Positions 50,748 through 59,856 of a DNA stretch of 64,000 nucleotides are shown in pieces. The notes beneath the pieces are model-generated. The model searched no databases and had not been told where the DNA came from. It saw only the letters and a list, made by a program, of their open reading frames with translations. How positions within the stretch are numbered: position 1 is the stretch's first letter; the number at the start of each line of letters is the position of its first letter. The stretch is from Candidatus Multivorans sp. (lineage in GTDB: Bacteria; Acidobacteriota; Thermoanaerobaculia; Multivoradales; Multivoraceae). The stretch covers positions 4,544,001 to 4,608,000 of the forward strand of contig OZ245033.1 in assembly GCA_965224025.1 (NCBI GenBank). The letters run 5' to 3'. Position numbers and translations under genes: made by a program.

Positions 50748-51026
50748 ATGTCCATCGTGCGGGCCGCCGAGGTCCTGGTGTTGCTGTTCACCGTGTACAT
50801 CGCCTGTGGACTGGCCTTCGCCCCGTTCTTTGTCTGGCGCGGTGTCGGCCGCGTCGATCCCGCCGCCAAGGCCACCGGCCTTGGCTTTCGGCTCATCATC
50901 CTGCCCGGCGTTGCCGCGTTGTGGCCGGTACTCCTGCGAAGGTGGCTTACCGGCCGCCTGCCTCCCGCGGAGCGCAACGCTCACCGTGACGCGGCCGCCG
51001 CTCGGCAGAGGCGGGTTTCCCCGTGA
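50748..51026 (+). CDS. Small membrane protein
   Basis: Two TM segments; DPAAK..GLGFRLIILPG...WP; overlaps the next start. Confidence 0.7.
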   Translation: MSIVRAAEVLVLLFTVYIACGLAFAPFFVWRGVGRVDPAAKATGLGFRLIILPGVAALWPVLLRRWLTGRLPPAERNAHRDAAAARQRRVSP

Positions 51027-51226
51027 TCGGCGGTCTGCGGCGGCGCCACCGTCTGGTCTGGGCGGTGCTGGCCCCGATCCTGGCGGGGCTGCTGACCGCC
51101 GCGCTCCTTCTTCGTCCCGAACCGCCCCTCGTGGACGGCATTCCGGAAGCGCGGGAGTACGAGGCCGGCGCGGATGAGGCTCCTGCAGTGGACGAGACCC
51201 CACCGCCGCCGGACGAGCAACCGTGA
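51023..51226 (+). CDS. Small membrane-anchored protein
   Basis: LRRRHRLVW + TM; GTGA-coupled on both sides. Confidence 0.65.
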   Translation: MIGGLRRRHRLVWAVLAPILAGLLTAALLLRPEPPLVDGIPEAREYEAGADEAPAVDETPPPPDEQP

Positions 51227-53355
51227 GCGCCGAATACCAGGCGGTTCTCTGGAACCGCAACAAGAGGCTCTACGACCTCGCGATCGCCGTAGGCGCGGTC
51301 GTCTTCCTGGGGCTCTTCGTCGGCATCGGCATCTCGACCAGAACCCAAACGACGATCGAGACCCTGCTGATCCGCGGCTTGGGCGCGGGCGCCCTGCTGC
51401 TGCTTCACCTGGTGCTCGCCATCGGTCCGCTGTGCCGGCTCGACCGGCGCTTCCTGCCCCTGCTCTACAACCGCCGCCACCTCGGCGTCTGCATGTTCCT
51501 GCTCGCGGCCGCGCACGGCGGGTTCTCCGTCGTCCAGTTCCACGGCCTCGGAGTCCTCAATCCCCTGGTCAGCGTGCTGGCGAGCAACGGCAACTACGAC
51601 AGCCTGACCCAGTTCCCCTTCCAGGCGCTCGGGCTTGCGGCGCTCGTCATCCTGTTCCTGATGGCGGCGACCTCGCACGACTTCTGGCTCGCCAACCTGA
51701 CGGCGCCGGTCTGGAAGTCGCTGCACATGCTGGTCTACGTCGCCTACGGACTCGTCCTCGTCCACGTCGCGCTGGGCAGCCTGCAGGCCGCCGAGCGACC
51801 CACCGTGCTCGCGGGCCTGCTCGGCGTGGGCTTCGTCGCTATCGGCTCGTTGCATCTCGTCGCCGGCTGGCGGCAGCGCGTTCCGGCCCTGGCGGCGACC
51901 GCGGGGGACGAGGCAGTCGATGTCTGCGCGGTCTCGGACATCCTTCTCGACCGCGCCCGCATCTTCGTGCTCAGCGGCGAGCGGGTAGCCGTCTTCCGCT
52001 ACGGGACCGACGACGGTGAGCGGATCGCGGCCGTATCGAACGTCTGCCAGCACCAGAACGGACCGCTCGGCGAAGGCCGCGTTACCTCTGGCTGCATCAC
52101 CTGCCCCTGGCACGGCTACCAGTACCGTCCCGAGGACGGCTGCTCGCCGCCGCCGTTCACCGAAACGATCCCGACCTTCAACGTCCGCGTCGAGGGCGGC
52201 CGGGTCCTGGTCGACCCGCGCCCCAACCCGCCGGGTACTCACGCGGAACCGGCCAGCCTGGAAACGCGGGCCTCCTCGGACCCTTCCGACCTGGGAACGC
52301 GGGCGTCCCGCCCGCATCCGGGGCCCCGGAGTGATGACAGCACAGCGCCTGCCGACACGCCCGAGGAAGCGGCAATGACCGGCAACCGCCGCGACGAGTG
52401 CCATCCGTGCGCCCGATTGACGGGCGCACGGACTGGTTCACGGGTGACGCGGGTCGCGCCACCCGGGTTCTACGTCGGCTACCTCGACGAGACGCCGCCC
52501 GGGATCTCCCGGTTCGCGCGCCGCGCCGTGATCGGAGTTCTGCTGCTGGCCGCGGCGCTTGGCGCCGGCCTGGCCCTGCTGCTGGAGCGTTTCGACGAAG
52601 GAGTGTTCGAGTACGGCACGGTGCGGGACTACGAAGGCGAGCTGCTCGTCGATCCCCATCCGCGGATCCGCACCGAAGGAGGCCCCGCCGAGGGCTACCT
52701 ACTCGTCGGCGTCGGCAAGCACGGACTCGACGTCAACGAGGAGCCGAGTCCGCCCTGGCTGCCCGCGCTTTCCAGGAAGCTCCAGCTCTCGGGCACGCTC
52801 ATCCAGAACCCGGAAGCGGCGATGCTCGAAGTGCACTCGCTCAAACATCCCGAAGGACGGACCAGCGAAGAACCTCCGACCGAACCGGACTCTCTCGACG
52901 ACCCGGGAACCGGTGGTTCAACCCCCGATGGTGAGAGCGACGACGCGGCGGCTGAAGTTCCACCCGGCGCACAAATCGACCGCGTCTACCTGCGGGGCGA
53001 CACTCTCGTCGGCGAGATCGTCGACACGAAGTGCTACCTGGGCGCCATGAAGCCGGGTCGGGGCAAACCGCACCGTGACTGCGCCTCCCTCTGCATCCGC
53101 GGAGGCATTCCGGCCGCCCTGCTCGTTCGAACCGAGAACGGCGAACGGCGCCTGGTCCATCTCGTGAACCTGGCCGGCCAGCCACTGGGGCAGGAGCTGC
53201 TTGAATGGGTTGGCCAGCCAGTCGAAGTCACCGGCCAGCTAAGGCGTCGTGACAACCGCCTCATCCTGCGGACGTTTGTCTTCGACCGGGCCACTGCGGC
53301 GGCATCCGTTCGCCCCTACCCGGCGAGACCATCCCCGACCGGGAGCGGCCCATGA
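51223..53355 (+). CDS. Ferric reductase-like TM (MsrQ-like) + Rieske [2Fe-2S] domain, read through into a Cys-motif protein (possible second start at 52375)
   Basis: NRRHLG, ATSHD, WKSLH; Rieske CQHQ...CPWHG; C-terminal DTKCYLGAMKPG..HRDCASLCIRGGIP; GAGGAAG-ATG at 52375. Confidence 0.8.
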   Translation: MSAEYQAVLWNRNKRLYDLAIAVGAVVFLGLFVGIGISTRTQTTIETLLIRGLGAGALLLLHLVLAIGPLCRLDRRFLPLLYNRRHLGVCMFLLAAAHGGFSVVQFHGLGVLNPLVSVLASNGNYDSLTQFPFQALGLAALVILFLMAATSHDFWLANLTAPVWKSLHMLVYVAYGLVLVHVALGSLQAAERPTVLAGLLGVGFVAIGSLHLVAGWRQRVPALAATAGDEAVDVCAVSDILLDRARIFVLSGERVAVFRYGTDDGERIAAVSNVCQHQNGPLGEGRVTSGCITCPWHGYQYRPEDGCSPPPFTETIPTFNVRVEGGRVLVDPRPNPPGTHAEPASLETRASSDPSDLGTRASRPHPGPRSDDSTAPADTPEEAAMTGNRRDECHPCARLTGARTGSRVTRVAPPGFYVGYLDETPPGISRFARRAVIGVLLLAAALGAGLALLLERFDEGVFEYGTVRDYEGELLVDPHPRIRTEGGPAEGYLLVGVGKHGLDVNEEPSPPWLPALSRKLQLSGTLIQNPEAAMLEVHSLKHPEGRTSEEPPTEPDSLDDPGTGGSTPDGESDDAAAEVPPGAQIDRVYLRGDTLVGEIVDTKCYLGAMKPGRGKPHRDCASLCIRGGIPAALLVRTENGERRLVHLVNLAGQPLGQELLEWVGQPVEVTGQLRRRDNRLILRTFVFDRATAAASVRPYPARPSPTGSGP
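52399..52467 (+). repeat. Double-hairpin repeat copy 4, 69-bp in-frame insert in coding sequence
   Basis: Encodes CHPCARLTGARTGSRVTRVAPPG between DE and FYVGY. Confidence 0.85.
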
Positions 53356-54221
53356 ACGGTCCCCTCTCCGCGGGAGCAAGCCCTGCCGACCTGAGCATCG
53401 ACCGCTCCGGCCTTTCTTCCAGCCCCGCACTTCTGCCCACCGGCGAGATCGAAGTCGGCGGCCATCGACTGCGTTTCGCGCGCACCGCCCAAGACCTCGA
53501 CCGTCTCCTCGCGCTCCGCTTCGAGGTCTTCAACCTGGAACTGGGCGAGGGCCTCGAGGAGTCCTTCGCCACCGGCCGCGACACGGACCGCTTCGACGCG
53601 AGCTGCCACCACATGCTGGTCGAGGAGAAGGGCGGCGAGCTCATTGGCACCTACCGAATGCAGACGGCGGCAATGGCAGCTCAGGGCCACGGCTTCTACT
53701 CGGCCGGGGAGTACGAACTGGACGCCCTGCCAGGAAGCGTGCTCGATCAGTCGGTCGAGGTCGGCCGCGCCTGCATCCACCGCAACCACCGCAAGCGCGC
53801 CGTGCTGTTCCTGCTCTGGAAGGGTCTGGCACGGTACCTGGTCCACAATCGGTGCCGCTACCTCTTCGGCTGCTGCTCCCTGACCAGCCAAGACCAGGCG
53901 GCCGGCATCCGGCTCTACGAGCAACTGCAGGCGGGCGGCAAGGTCCACCCCGAAATCGACGTGCCGCCCATAGCCCGCACGCGCTGCGAGGCGCCGGCCG
54001 ACCGCGTGGCCGCAACTCCCGACGTCGAAGTGCCGCCCCTCTTCGCCACCTACCTGCGCTACGGCGCCCTCGTCTGCAGCCGGCCGGCGATCGACCGGGA
54101 GTTCAAGACGATCGACTACCTGGTGCTGATGGACACGGCCGCTCTCAGCCGGCGCACCCGGTTGATCTTCGGGCTGGACGAGGCGCCGCCGGCGCCCGAA
54201 ATGCCCCCGGCGCCGCGCTGA
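53352..54221 (+). CDS. GNAT-family N-acyltransferase (OlsB-like)
   Basis: LRFEVFNLELGEG, DRFD..CHH, GTYR, FYSAGEY, EVGRACI, YLFGCCS, PPLF..YLR.GA, PAIDREF. Confidence 0.88.
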   Translation: MNGPLSAGASPADLSIDRSGLSSSPALLPTGEIEVGGHRLRFARTAQDLDRLLALRFEVFNLELGEGLEESFATGRDTDRFDASCHHMLVEEKGGELIGTYRMQTAAMAAQGHGFYSAGEYELDALPGSVLDQSVEVGRACIHRNHRKRAVLFLLWKGLARYLVHNRCRYLFGCCSLTSQDQAAGIRLYEQLQAGGKVHPEIDVPPIARTRCEAPADRVAATPDVEVPPLFATYLRYGALVCSRPAIDREFKTIDYLVLMDTAALSRRTRLIFGLDEAPPAPEMPPAPR

Positions 54222-54223
54222 GG

Positions 54224-55072
54224 ATGCGGCCCAAAAACAGAAGTCCTCTCCGGATCTGGCGGATGATCTGGCGGGGGCCGGCTGTCCTCCTGACGGCGCT
54301 GGCCGCCTGGTTCCCGCTACTCATTCTGCGGCCCTTCCTGGCCAAGCGCGCTCCCTCGGCCTGGCGGGCCGTCCGGCGCTTCGTCCTGCGCCGCTGGGGA
54401 CGCGCCAGTCTCGCCATCCTCGGCTGCGGAGTCACGGTGCGCGGCGAACCGCCGAAGGAGCCCTTCCTGCTCATCTCGAACCACCTCTCCTACATCGACG
54501 TCTTCCTGCTCTCCGCGCTGGCCCCCGGGCGCTTCGTCTCGAAGGCGGAGATCCGGGACTGGCCGGTGGCCGGCGCGATGTGCCGGACCGTGGACATCAT
54601 TTTCGTCGACCGCGGCCGGCGGCGCGACGTCACGAAGGTCGGCGAGCAGATTGCCGAAGCGCTCGCCGCCGGCGACCCGGTGATCCTGTTCCCGGAAGGC
54701 ACGTCGACCCCCGGCAACGAGATCGCCCCGCTGAAGCCCTCGCTGCTCGCGCCCGCGGCCGGGCAGGAACTGGACGTCCACTGGGCCGTCGTCCGCTACG
54801 AGACGCCGCCCGACGAAACGCCGGCGTTCCTGAGCGTCGCCTGGTGGGGCGACATGGCGATGACCCCCCACGCCCCCGATCTGCTGAAGCTACGCCGCAT
54901 CGAAGCGGACGTGGCGTTCGGCGCGGCGCCGCTCCGGAGCGCGGACCGGAAGGTGCTGGCCCGCCAACTGCGAGACACGATGGCAGGTAGCTTCCGGCCG
55001 ATGGTCTCGAACGAAGAACTGGCGGCGCTTGGCGACGTTCATGGTCCCATCGGCATTCCCGAAGCGGACTGA
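54224..55072 (+). CDS. Lysophospholipid acyltransferase (PlsC/OlsA-like)
   Basis: NHLSYID, FVSKAEI..WP, FVDR, LFPEGTS. Confidence 0.9.
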   Translation: MRPKNRSPLRIWRMIWRGPAVLLTALAAWFPLLILRPFLAKRAPSAWRAVRRFVLRRWGRASLAILGCGVTVRGEPPKEPFLLISNHLSYIDVFLLSALAPGRFVSKAEIRDWPVAGAMCRTVDIIFVDRGRRRDVTKVGEQIAEALAAGDPVILFPEGTSTPGNEIAPLKPSLLAPAAGQELDVHWAVVRYETPPDETPAFLSVAWWGDMAMTPHAPDLLKLRRIEADVAFGAAPLRSADRKVLARQLRDTMAGSFRPMVSNEELAALGDVHGPIGIPEAD

Positions 55073-57683
55073 ACGGCGCCCGCGACGACGCCGGCTCTGG
55101 CTGAAGATCCTGCTCGGGGTCTACGCAGCGCTGCTGCTGGCTTCGACTCTGGCGCGCATCACGGCCGAACCGGCGCCGCTACCGCCGGGCCGTGAAACCG
55201 TCGAGGTGCCGTTGCCGGAAAGCCACGACCGGCCGGTCCGGTTGGCGTGGCGCGAGTGGTCGGCGCCGGCCGCCGGAGACGCTTCGGACGGCGACGCCCT
55301 GCCCCTCGTACTTCTCCACGGTTCACCTGGCAGCGCGGACGACTTCCGGCGTCTGGCGCCCCGGCTCGCGCAACGGCGCCGTGTCATCGCCCCTGACCTT
55401 CCCGGTTTCGGCGCCTCCGAGCATCGGGCGGACGACTACTCGATCCGCGCCCACGCCGACGCCAGCCTCGCCCTGCTGGACGAACTCGGTATCGAGCGCT
55501 TCCATGCGCTCGGCTTCAGCATGGGCGGCGGTCCGGCGCTGCACATGATGGAGACCGCCCCCGACCGGGTCGCATCGCTTGTCCTCGTCGCCTCGATCGG
55601 TGTCCAGGAACTCGAACTGCTCGGCGACTACACCGTGAATCACGGACTGCACGGCCTCCAGCTCGGCCTGTTCTGGGGACTGCGCAACCTGGTCCCCCAC
55701 TTCGGCGCCTTCGACAGTCCGATCGCCCGTTCCTACGCCCGCAACTTCTACGACACGGACCAGCGGCCGCTGCGCGGGATCCTGGAGTCCCTGGAAACGC
55801 CGCTGCTCATCGTCCATGGCGAGCAAGACCCGCTGGTGCCGGCCGCCGCGGCGCTGGAGCATCACCGGATCGTTCCCCACAGCGAACTGTGGATGCGTCC
55901 CGACAGCCACTTCTTCATGTTCCGTGGCGGCGACGATCTGCCGCCACGGATCGACGAGTTCCTCGGCCGCGCCGAAGCCGGCGAGGCACCGACACGCACC
56001 GACGCCGAACCGGATCGCCTGCATCGTGCGGCGCTGCCGTTCGACGACATGGACCTGCCGCCGTTCACCGGCCCGGCCCTGCTGATCGTCTTCCTGCTCC
56101 TCGTGTTCGCCGCCTACTTGAGCGAGGATCTGACCTGCATCACCGCCGGTCTGCTCATTGCCCAGGGACGGCTCGACTTCCCCGTCGCCGTCGCCGCCTG
56201 CTACATCGGCATCCTGAGCAGCGACCTGGGAATCGCCTGGCTGGCCCGGATCCTTGGGCGGCCGGCGCTCAAGCTGCCGCCGTTCAAGTGGTGGGTCAGC
56301 GAGGCTGCGATCGAGGACGCGTCCGCCTGGCTGCGGCGGCGGGCGCTGGTCGTCGTCCTGGTCAGCCGCTTCCTGCCCGGTTCGCGGCTGCCGACCTGCC
56401 TCGCCGCCGGCATCCTGCGCACCAGCCTGCTCCGGTTCTGCTTCTACTTCGCCGTCGCCGTGGCGATCTGGACTCCCGCCTTCGTCGGCGTGAACGCGCT
56501 GCTGGGCCGCGAGGCCGTGGAACGCTTCGGCGGCCGCCTGCCCGGCGGCCTGCTCGCGGCGGCGCTGGCGCTGGCGCTCCTGATCTTCGGCGTGCGCACG
56601 TTCGTTCTGCCGCTCTTCACCTGGCGCGGCCGCCGGCTCTGGCGCGGCCGCCTGCTGCGGATCCGTCACTGGGAGTTCTGGCCCATGTGGGCGTTCTACC
56701 CGCTGCTCGTGCTGAACATCCTGTGGCTCGGCCTGCGGCGCGGCGGCCTGACGGCGTTCACCGCGATCAACCCCGCCATGCCCCTCGGCGGTCTCCTCGG
56801 GGAGTCGAAGAGCGACATCCTGGACGGCCTGGCCGGTATCGGCGACGCGCTGCCGGCCTGGAGGCGTCTGCAGCCGGGGAACACGGAAGACCGCGTCGCC
56901 GCTTTACGGCGGTTCCTCCAGGACGAGCGCCTGGGCTATCCGGTCGTCCTCAAACCCGACACGGGCGAGCGGGGACGAGGAATCGCCGTAGCCCACTCGG
57001 AAGCCGAAACGATCGCGTTCCTCGAAGCGACGCCTGGACCGGCGCTCGTGCAGGAGTACGTCGCGGGGGAAGAGTACGGCGTGTTCTGGGCCCGGCACCA
57101 CGGCCGATCAGACGGACACGTCTTTTCCATCACGCACAAGCTGCGGCCTACCGTCTTGGGCGACGGCCAGAGCACCTTGGAGCGGTTGATCCTCTTCGAC
57201 GGACGCGCCGTCGCCCTCTCTCACATCTACGCACGGGAACACCCCCAAGCGGCGAAGCGTGTACCCGAGGCCGGCAAGGTCGTCGAACTGACCGAGGTCG
57301 GCGCGCACTCCCGCGGCACGATCTTCCTGGACGCCAACGACCTGCACACGCCGGAACTGGAACAGGCAATGAACGCGATCTGTACCGCCTACGACGGCTT
57401 CGACTTCGGCCGCTTCGATATCCGCGCCCCGAGCGTCGAGGCCCTCCGGCGTGGCGAGGGAATCCGGGTGCTCGAAGTCAACGGTGTGACGTCCGAGGCC
57501 ACCCACATGTACGACCGCCGCTACGGCTTCTTCGCCGCCCACGCCATCCTGCGCCGGCAGTGGCGAATGGCCTTCGACCTCGCCGACGAGCGCATCCGCG
57601 ACGGCGCCCGGCCGGCCACCGTGAGCGAGGTCATCCGCGCCATCCGGGCCGAACGACGAGCCAGGAACGAAGGGCTACACTGA
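55041..57683 (+). CDS. Alpha/beta hydrolase - DedA/VTT - ATP-grasp three-domain fusion
   Basis: HGSPG, GFSMGG; SEDL, SRFLPGSR (DedA); WEFWP, VVLKPD.GERGRG, VQEYV.GEEYGV, GRFD, LEVNG.TSE. Confidence 0.82.
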   Translation: MVPSAFPKRTERRPRRRRLWLKILLGVYAALLLASTLARITAEPAPLPPGRETVEVPLPESHDRPVRLAWREWSAPAAGDASDGDALPLVLLHGSPGSADDFRRLAPRLAQRRRVIAPDLPGFGASEHRADDYSIRAHADASLALLDELGIERFHALGFSMGGGPALHMMETAPDRVASLVLVASIGVQELELLGDYTVNHGLHGLQLGLFWGLRNLVPHFGAFDSPIARSYARNFYDTDQRPLRGILESLETPLLIVHGEQDPLVPAAAALEHHRIVPHSELWMRPDSHFFMFRGGDDLPPRIDEFLGRAEAGEAPTRTDAEPDRLHRAALPFDDMDLPPFTGPALLIVFLLLVFAAYLSEDLTCITAGLLIAQGRLDFPVAVAACYIGILSSDLGIAWLARILGRPALKLPPFKWWVSEAAIEDASAWLRRRALVVVLVSRFLPGSRLPTCLAAGILRTSLLRFCFYFAVAVAIWTPAFVGVNALLGREAVERFGGRLPGGLLAAALALALLIFGVRTFVLPLFTWRGRRLWRGRLLRIRHWEFWPMWAFYPLLVLNILWLGLRRGGLTAFTAINPAMPLGGLLGESKSDILDGLAGIGDALPAWRRLQPGNTEDRVAALRRFLQDERLGYPVVLKPDTGERGRGIAVAHSEAETIAFLEATPGPALVQEYVAGEEYGVFWARHHGRSDGHVFSITHKLRPTVLGDGQSTLERLILFDGRAVALSHIYAREHPQAAKRVPEAGKVVELTEVGAHSRGTIFLDANDLHTPELEQAMNAICTAYDGFDFGRFDIRAPSVEALRRGEGIRVLEVNGVTSEATHMYDRRYGFFAAHAILRRQWRMAFDLADERIRDGARPATVSEVIRAIRAERRARNEGLH

Positions 57684-57837
57684 CCCGAGTGCGCTTTGCA
57701 CTTCCTCTGCCCCACACCTCTTCAAGGCCGGCGATCCTCCACTCCATCGTCGCGCGGCGCCGGAACCCAGATGGAACGGTCGTGACTGGAAACGACAAGC
57801 AAACGTCGGCAGACAGAGAGTGGCGCGCGGAGGCTTG

Positions 57838-58425
57838 ATGAGCGCCGACAAGGCACCACCGTCCTCCGTAGCAGATGTCGAGTGGAAGGTCGAGATTGCC
57901 TGCCGCGTCCTGGCAGAGACGCCGGCAGGGGATCAGGTGGCGGCCCTAAGGGAAGCTGCGGAAGCTCTTGCCAAAGCGGAAGCCGAGTCTGAAGCTGCGG
58001 TCGACGCACAGGCAGCGGCGAGTAGAGACTACCAAGCCGCGGTGGACGCGCTAACCCAGGCAGGCGATCAGTGGGAACGAGCCTCAGAACGGAAGTCGAA
58101 GGAGGCAAGTGCGAGGGTTGACACAGCGTCCAAGGCCTCCACAAAGGCGTATCGCGCTGACCGAATCGCCACTCTCGCCTTCGACGAGGCCCTGGATGTG
58201 CTCGGCGATCCGTTGGAGGCCGCTCGCAGGGCGGCCTCAGAGGCTCTAGAAGAGGCGGACCGCGTCGCGGACGCCGCCGACGGCGGTGACTACATGGAGG
58301 CTTCACGGTGGCGGGCTCGCCTACGTGAGCGAGTAAATCAAGCCGAAACTGATGCCACCAAGAGAGTGGCGCGGGCACACAGGCGGGCCCAGATGCGAGC
58401 GCTAGGCGCCTTGGCCGAAGACTGA
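57838..58425 (+). CDS. Hypothetical alanine-rich coiled-coil protein
   Basis: GGAGG RBS before ATG; helical low-complexity ORF. Confidence 0.5.
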   Translation: MSADKAPPSSVADVEWKVEIACRVLAETPAGDQVAALREAAEALAKAEAESEAAVDAQAAASRDYQAAVDALTQAGDQWERASERKSKEASARVDTASKASTKAYRADRIATLAFDEALDVLGDPLEAARRAASEALEEADRVADAADGGDYMEASRWRARLRERVNQAETDATKRVARAHRRAQMRALGALAED

Positions 58426-58530
58426 GATGGTCTGCGCGTACATGTCGCCCTTGTTACCTTCCGGCGCCCATTTCCGCAGCCCTTGGCTTCCTTCGGCCGT
58501 CGAGCGGCCGCCGACTCCGGGATTCTCGCG

Positions 58531-58833
58531 CTACGCGTACCCGCCGTAGCGGCGAGGCGCGTCCATTCGGGCGTGCAGCACACGGGCGATTTGAACGCTT
58601 GCTTCCCGCTGCACGTAGAAGACGACGTGAGCCTGGAACTCATGACGTCTCACCCCCGGCGCTATCCGGTCGGCCCGGCGGCCGAGCATCGGGTACTCCG
58701 CGAGAAGCTCGAAGCAGGCATGCAGCCCGTCGAGGTACTTCCTCGCCGCGGCAAGCCCGTGCTGCTCGATTGTGTAGGTGGAGATGTCCTCGATGTCGGA
58801 CGCGGCCTTTCCCGAGAGCCTATAGACGCCCAT
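58531..58833 (-). CDS. parE: ParE/RelE-family toxin
   Basis: YRLSGKAASDIEDI..YT...G...A..Y, LAEYP.LGR, HVVFY, IARVLHARMD. Confidence 0.92.
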   Translation of the reverse strand: MGVYRLSGKAASDIEDISTYTIEQHGLAAARKYLDGLHACFELLAEYPMLGRRADRIAPGVRRHEFQAHVVFYVQREASVQIARVLHARMDAPRRYGGYA

Positions 58834-59077
58834 CGTTTCGAAGCCGCGCCTCGACCTCTTCCATGATGGAAGCCACGGTCTTCTCGCTTGGACCGCTGTC
58901 GATACCTTCCTGTACGGCAGCCTGAAGCGACTCGAAGTCGACCCTCCGCTCCCGGTCGCGTCGAATCAGATCGCGGATGTACTCGCTGTCGTTCGTGAAG
59001 TGGCCTGCGGCGATCCGCCCCTTGATCCACCGATCCTGCAGGTCCGTCAGGGTGATCGTCTTTCGGACAGTCGTCAT
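58820..59077 (-). CDS. parD: ParD-family RHH antitoxin
   Basis: RKTITLT, GHFTNDSEYIRDLIRRD, QEGIDSG. Confidence 0.92.
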   Translation of the reverse strand: MTTVRKTITLTDLQDRWIKGRIAAGHFTNDSEYIRDLIRRDRERRVDFESLQAAVQEGIDSGPSEKTVASIMEEVEARLRNDGRL

Positions 59078-59276
59078 GTTGTCTCCAAGGAACGCTCTCG
59101 GTCATACTATTGGTGCAGAATAGCATCGCGCCAGTCTGTGACACCACCCCCTCTTGCTGTGCCTGCCTGCCATCCGCGCACTTAATGACGTGCGCCTGGA
59201 CTCGTTCTCGGCTGAAGCGGATCGCGCCACCTGGGTTCCCGGCAGCATCCGCCTCAGACGGAATCGGCGGCGAAAC

Positions 59277-59747
59277 CTACTTCGCCTTGGCCGGAGCGGC
59301 CTTCTTCGTCGTCCGCCGGCGTGGCTTCGGCTTCTTTTCGAGCGCCTCGAGCCGCGCTTCGATCGCGCTCAGCCTTTCGATCACCGCCTCCAAATCCGCC
59401 TTTCCGGGGACGCCGAGCTTCTCGAGCCGGCGCTCCAGGTGCTCATCGATCCCCGTCCGCGCCTTCGACTTGGTCTGCTCGATCCCCTTTTCGGCCGCGG
59501 CACGCACCTGCTGGACCTTCTCCTCGGCCTTGTCTCGCCAGCCGCTCAGGGACTCTCGCCCCCGGTTCTCGACCTTCTCGCCGCGCGCGACCAGCCGGTC
59601 GAAGACCTTGGCCCCCGCATCTGCCGCCTCGCCCGCAACCCCAGCGCCGGCAAGCGCCACCTTGTGGGCCGTTTCGACGGCAGACTCGACCACTGACCGT
59701 ACTTTCGAGTCGCTATCCCTGGTTTCTGCCGCGGATGCTGCTGTCAT
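59277..59747 (-). CDS. Phasin-like (PhaF/PhaI-like) granule-associated protein
   Basis: HKVALAGAG...KVFDRLVARGEK...LEKLGVPGKADL; Lys/Ala-rich tail. Confidence 0.75.
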   Translation of the reverse strand: MTAASAAETRDSDSKVRSVVESAVETAHKVALAGAGVAGEAADAGAKVFDRLVARGEKVENRGRESLSGWRDKAEEKVQQVRAAAEKGIEQTKSKARTGIDEHLERRLEKLGVPGKADLEAVIERLSAIEARLEALEKKPKPRRRTTKKAAPAKAK

Positions 59748-59782
59748 CTCGTTTCTCCCTGTTCTGGTCTGTTGGGGCTTCC

Positions 59783-59856
59783 GGCACTGCGGGCCCGCTA
59801 TCCCTCCAGGAACTTTGGCCCTCCAGGAACTTTGGGCCCGCTAGGAACTGTGGGCC
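59783..59856. repeat. Degenerate ~17-18-bp tandem repeats
   Basis: GGAACTTTGGCCCTCCA, GGAACTTTGGGCCCGCTA, GGAACTGTGGGCC, GGCACTGCGGGCCCGCTA. Confidence 0.6.
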
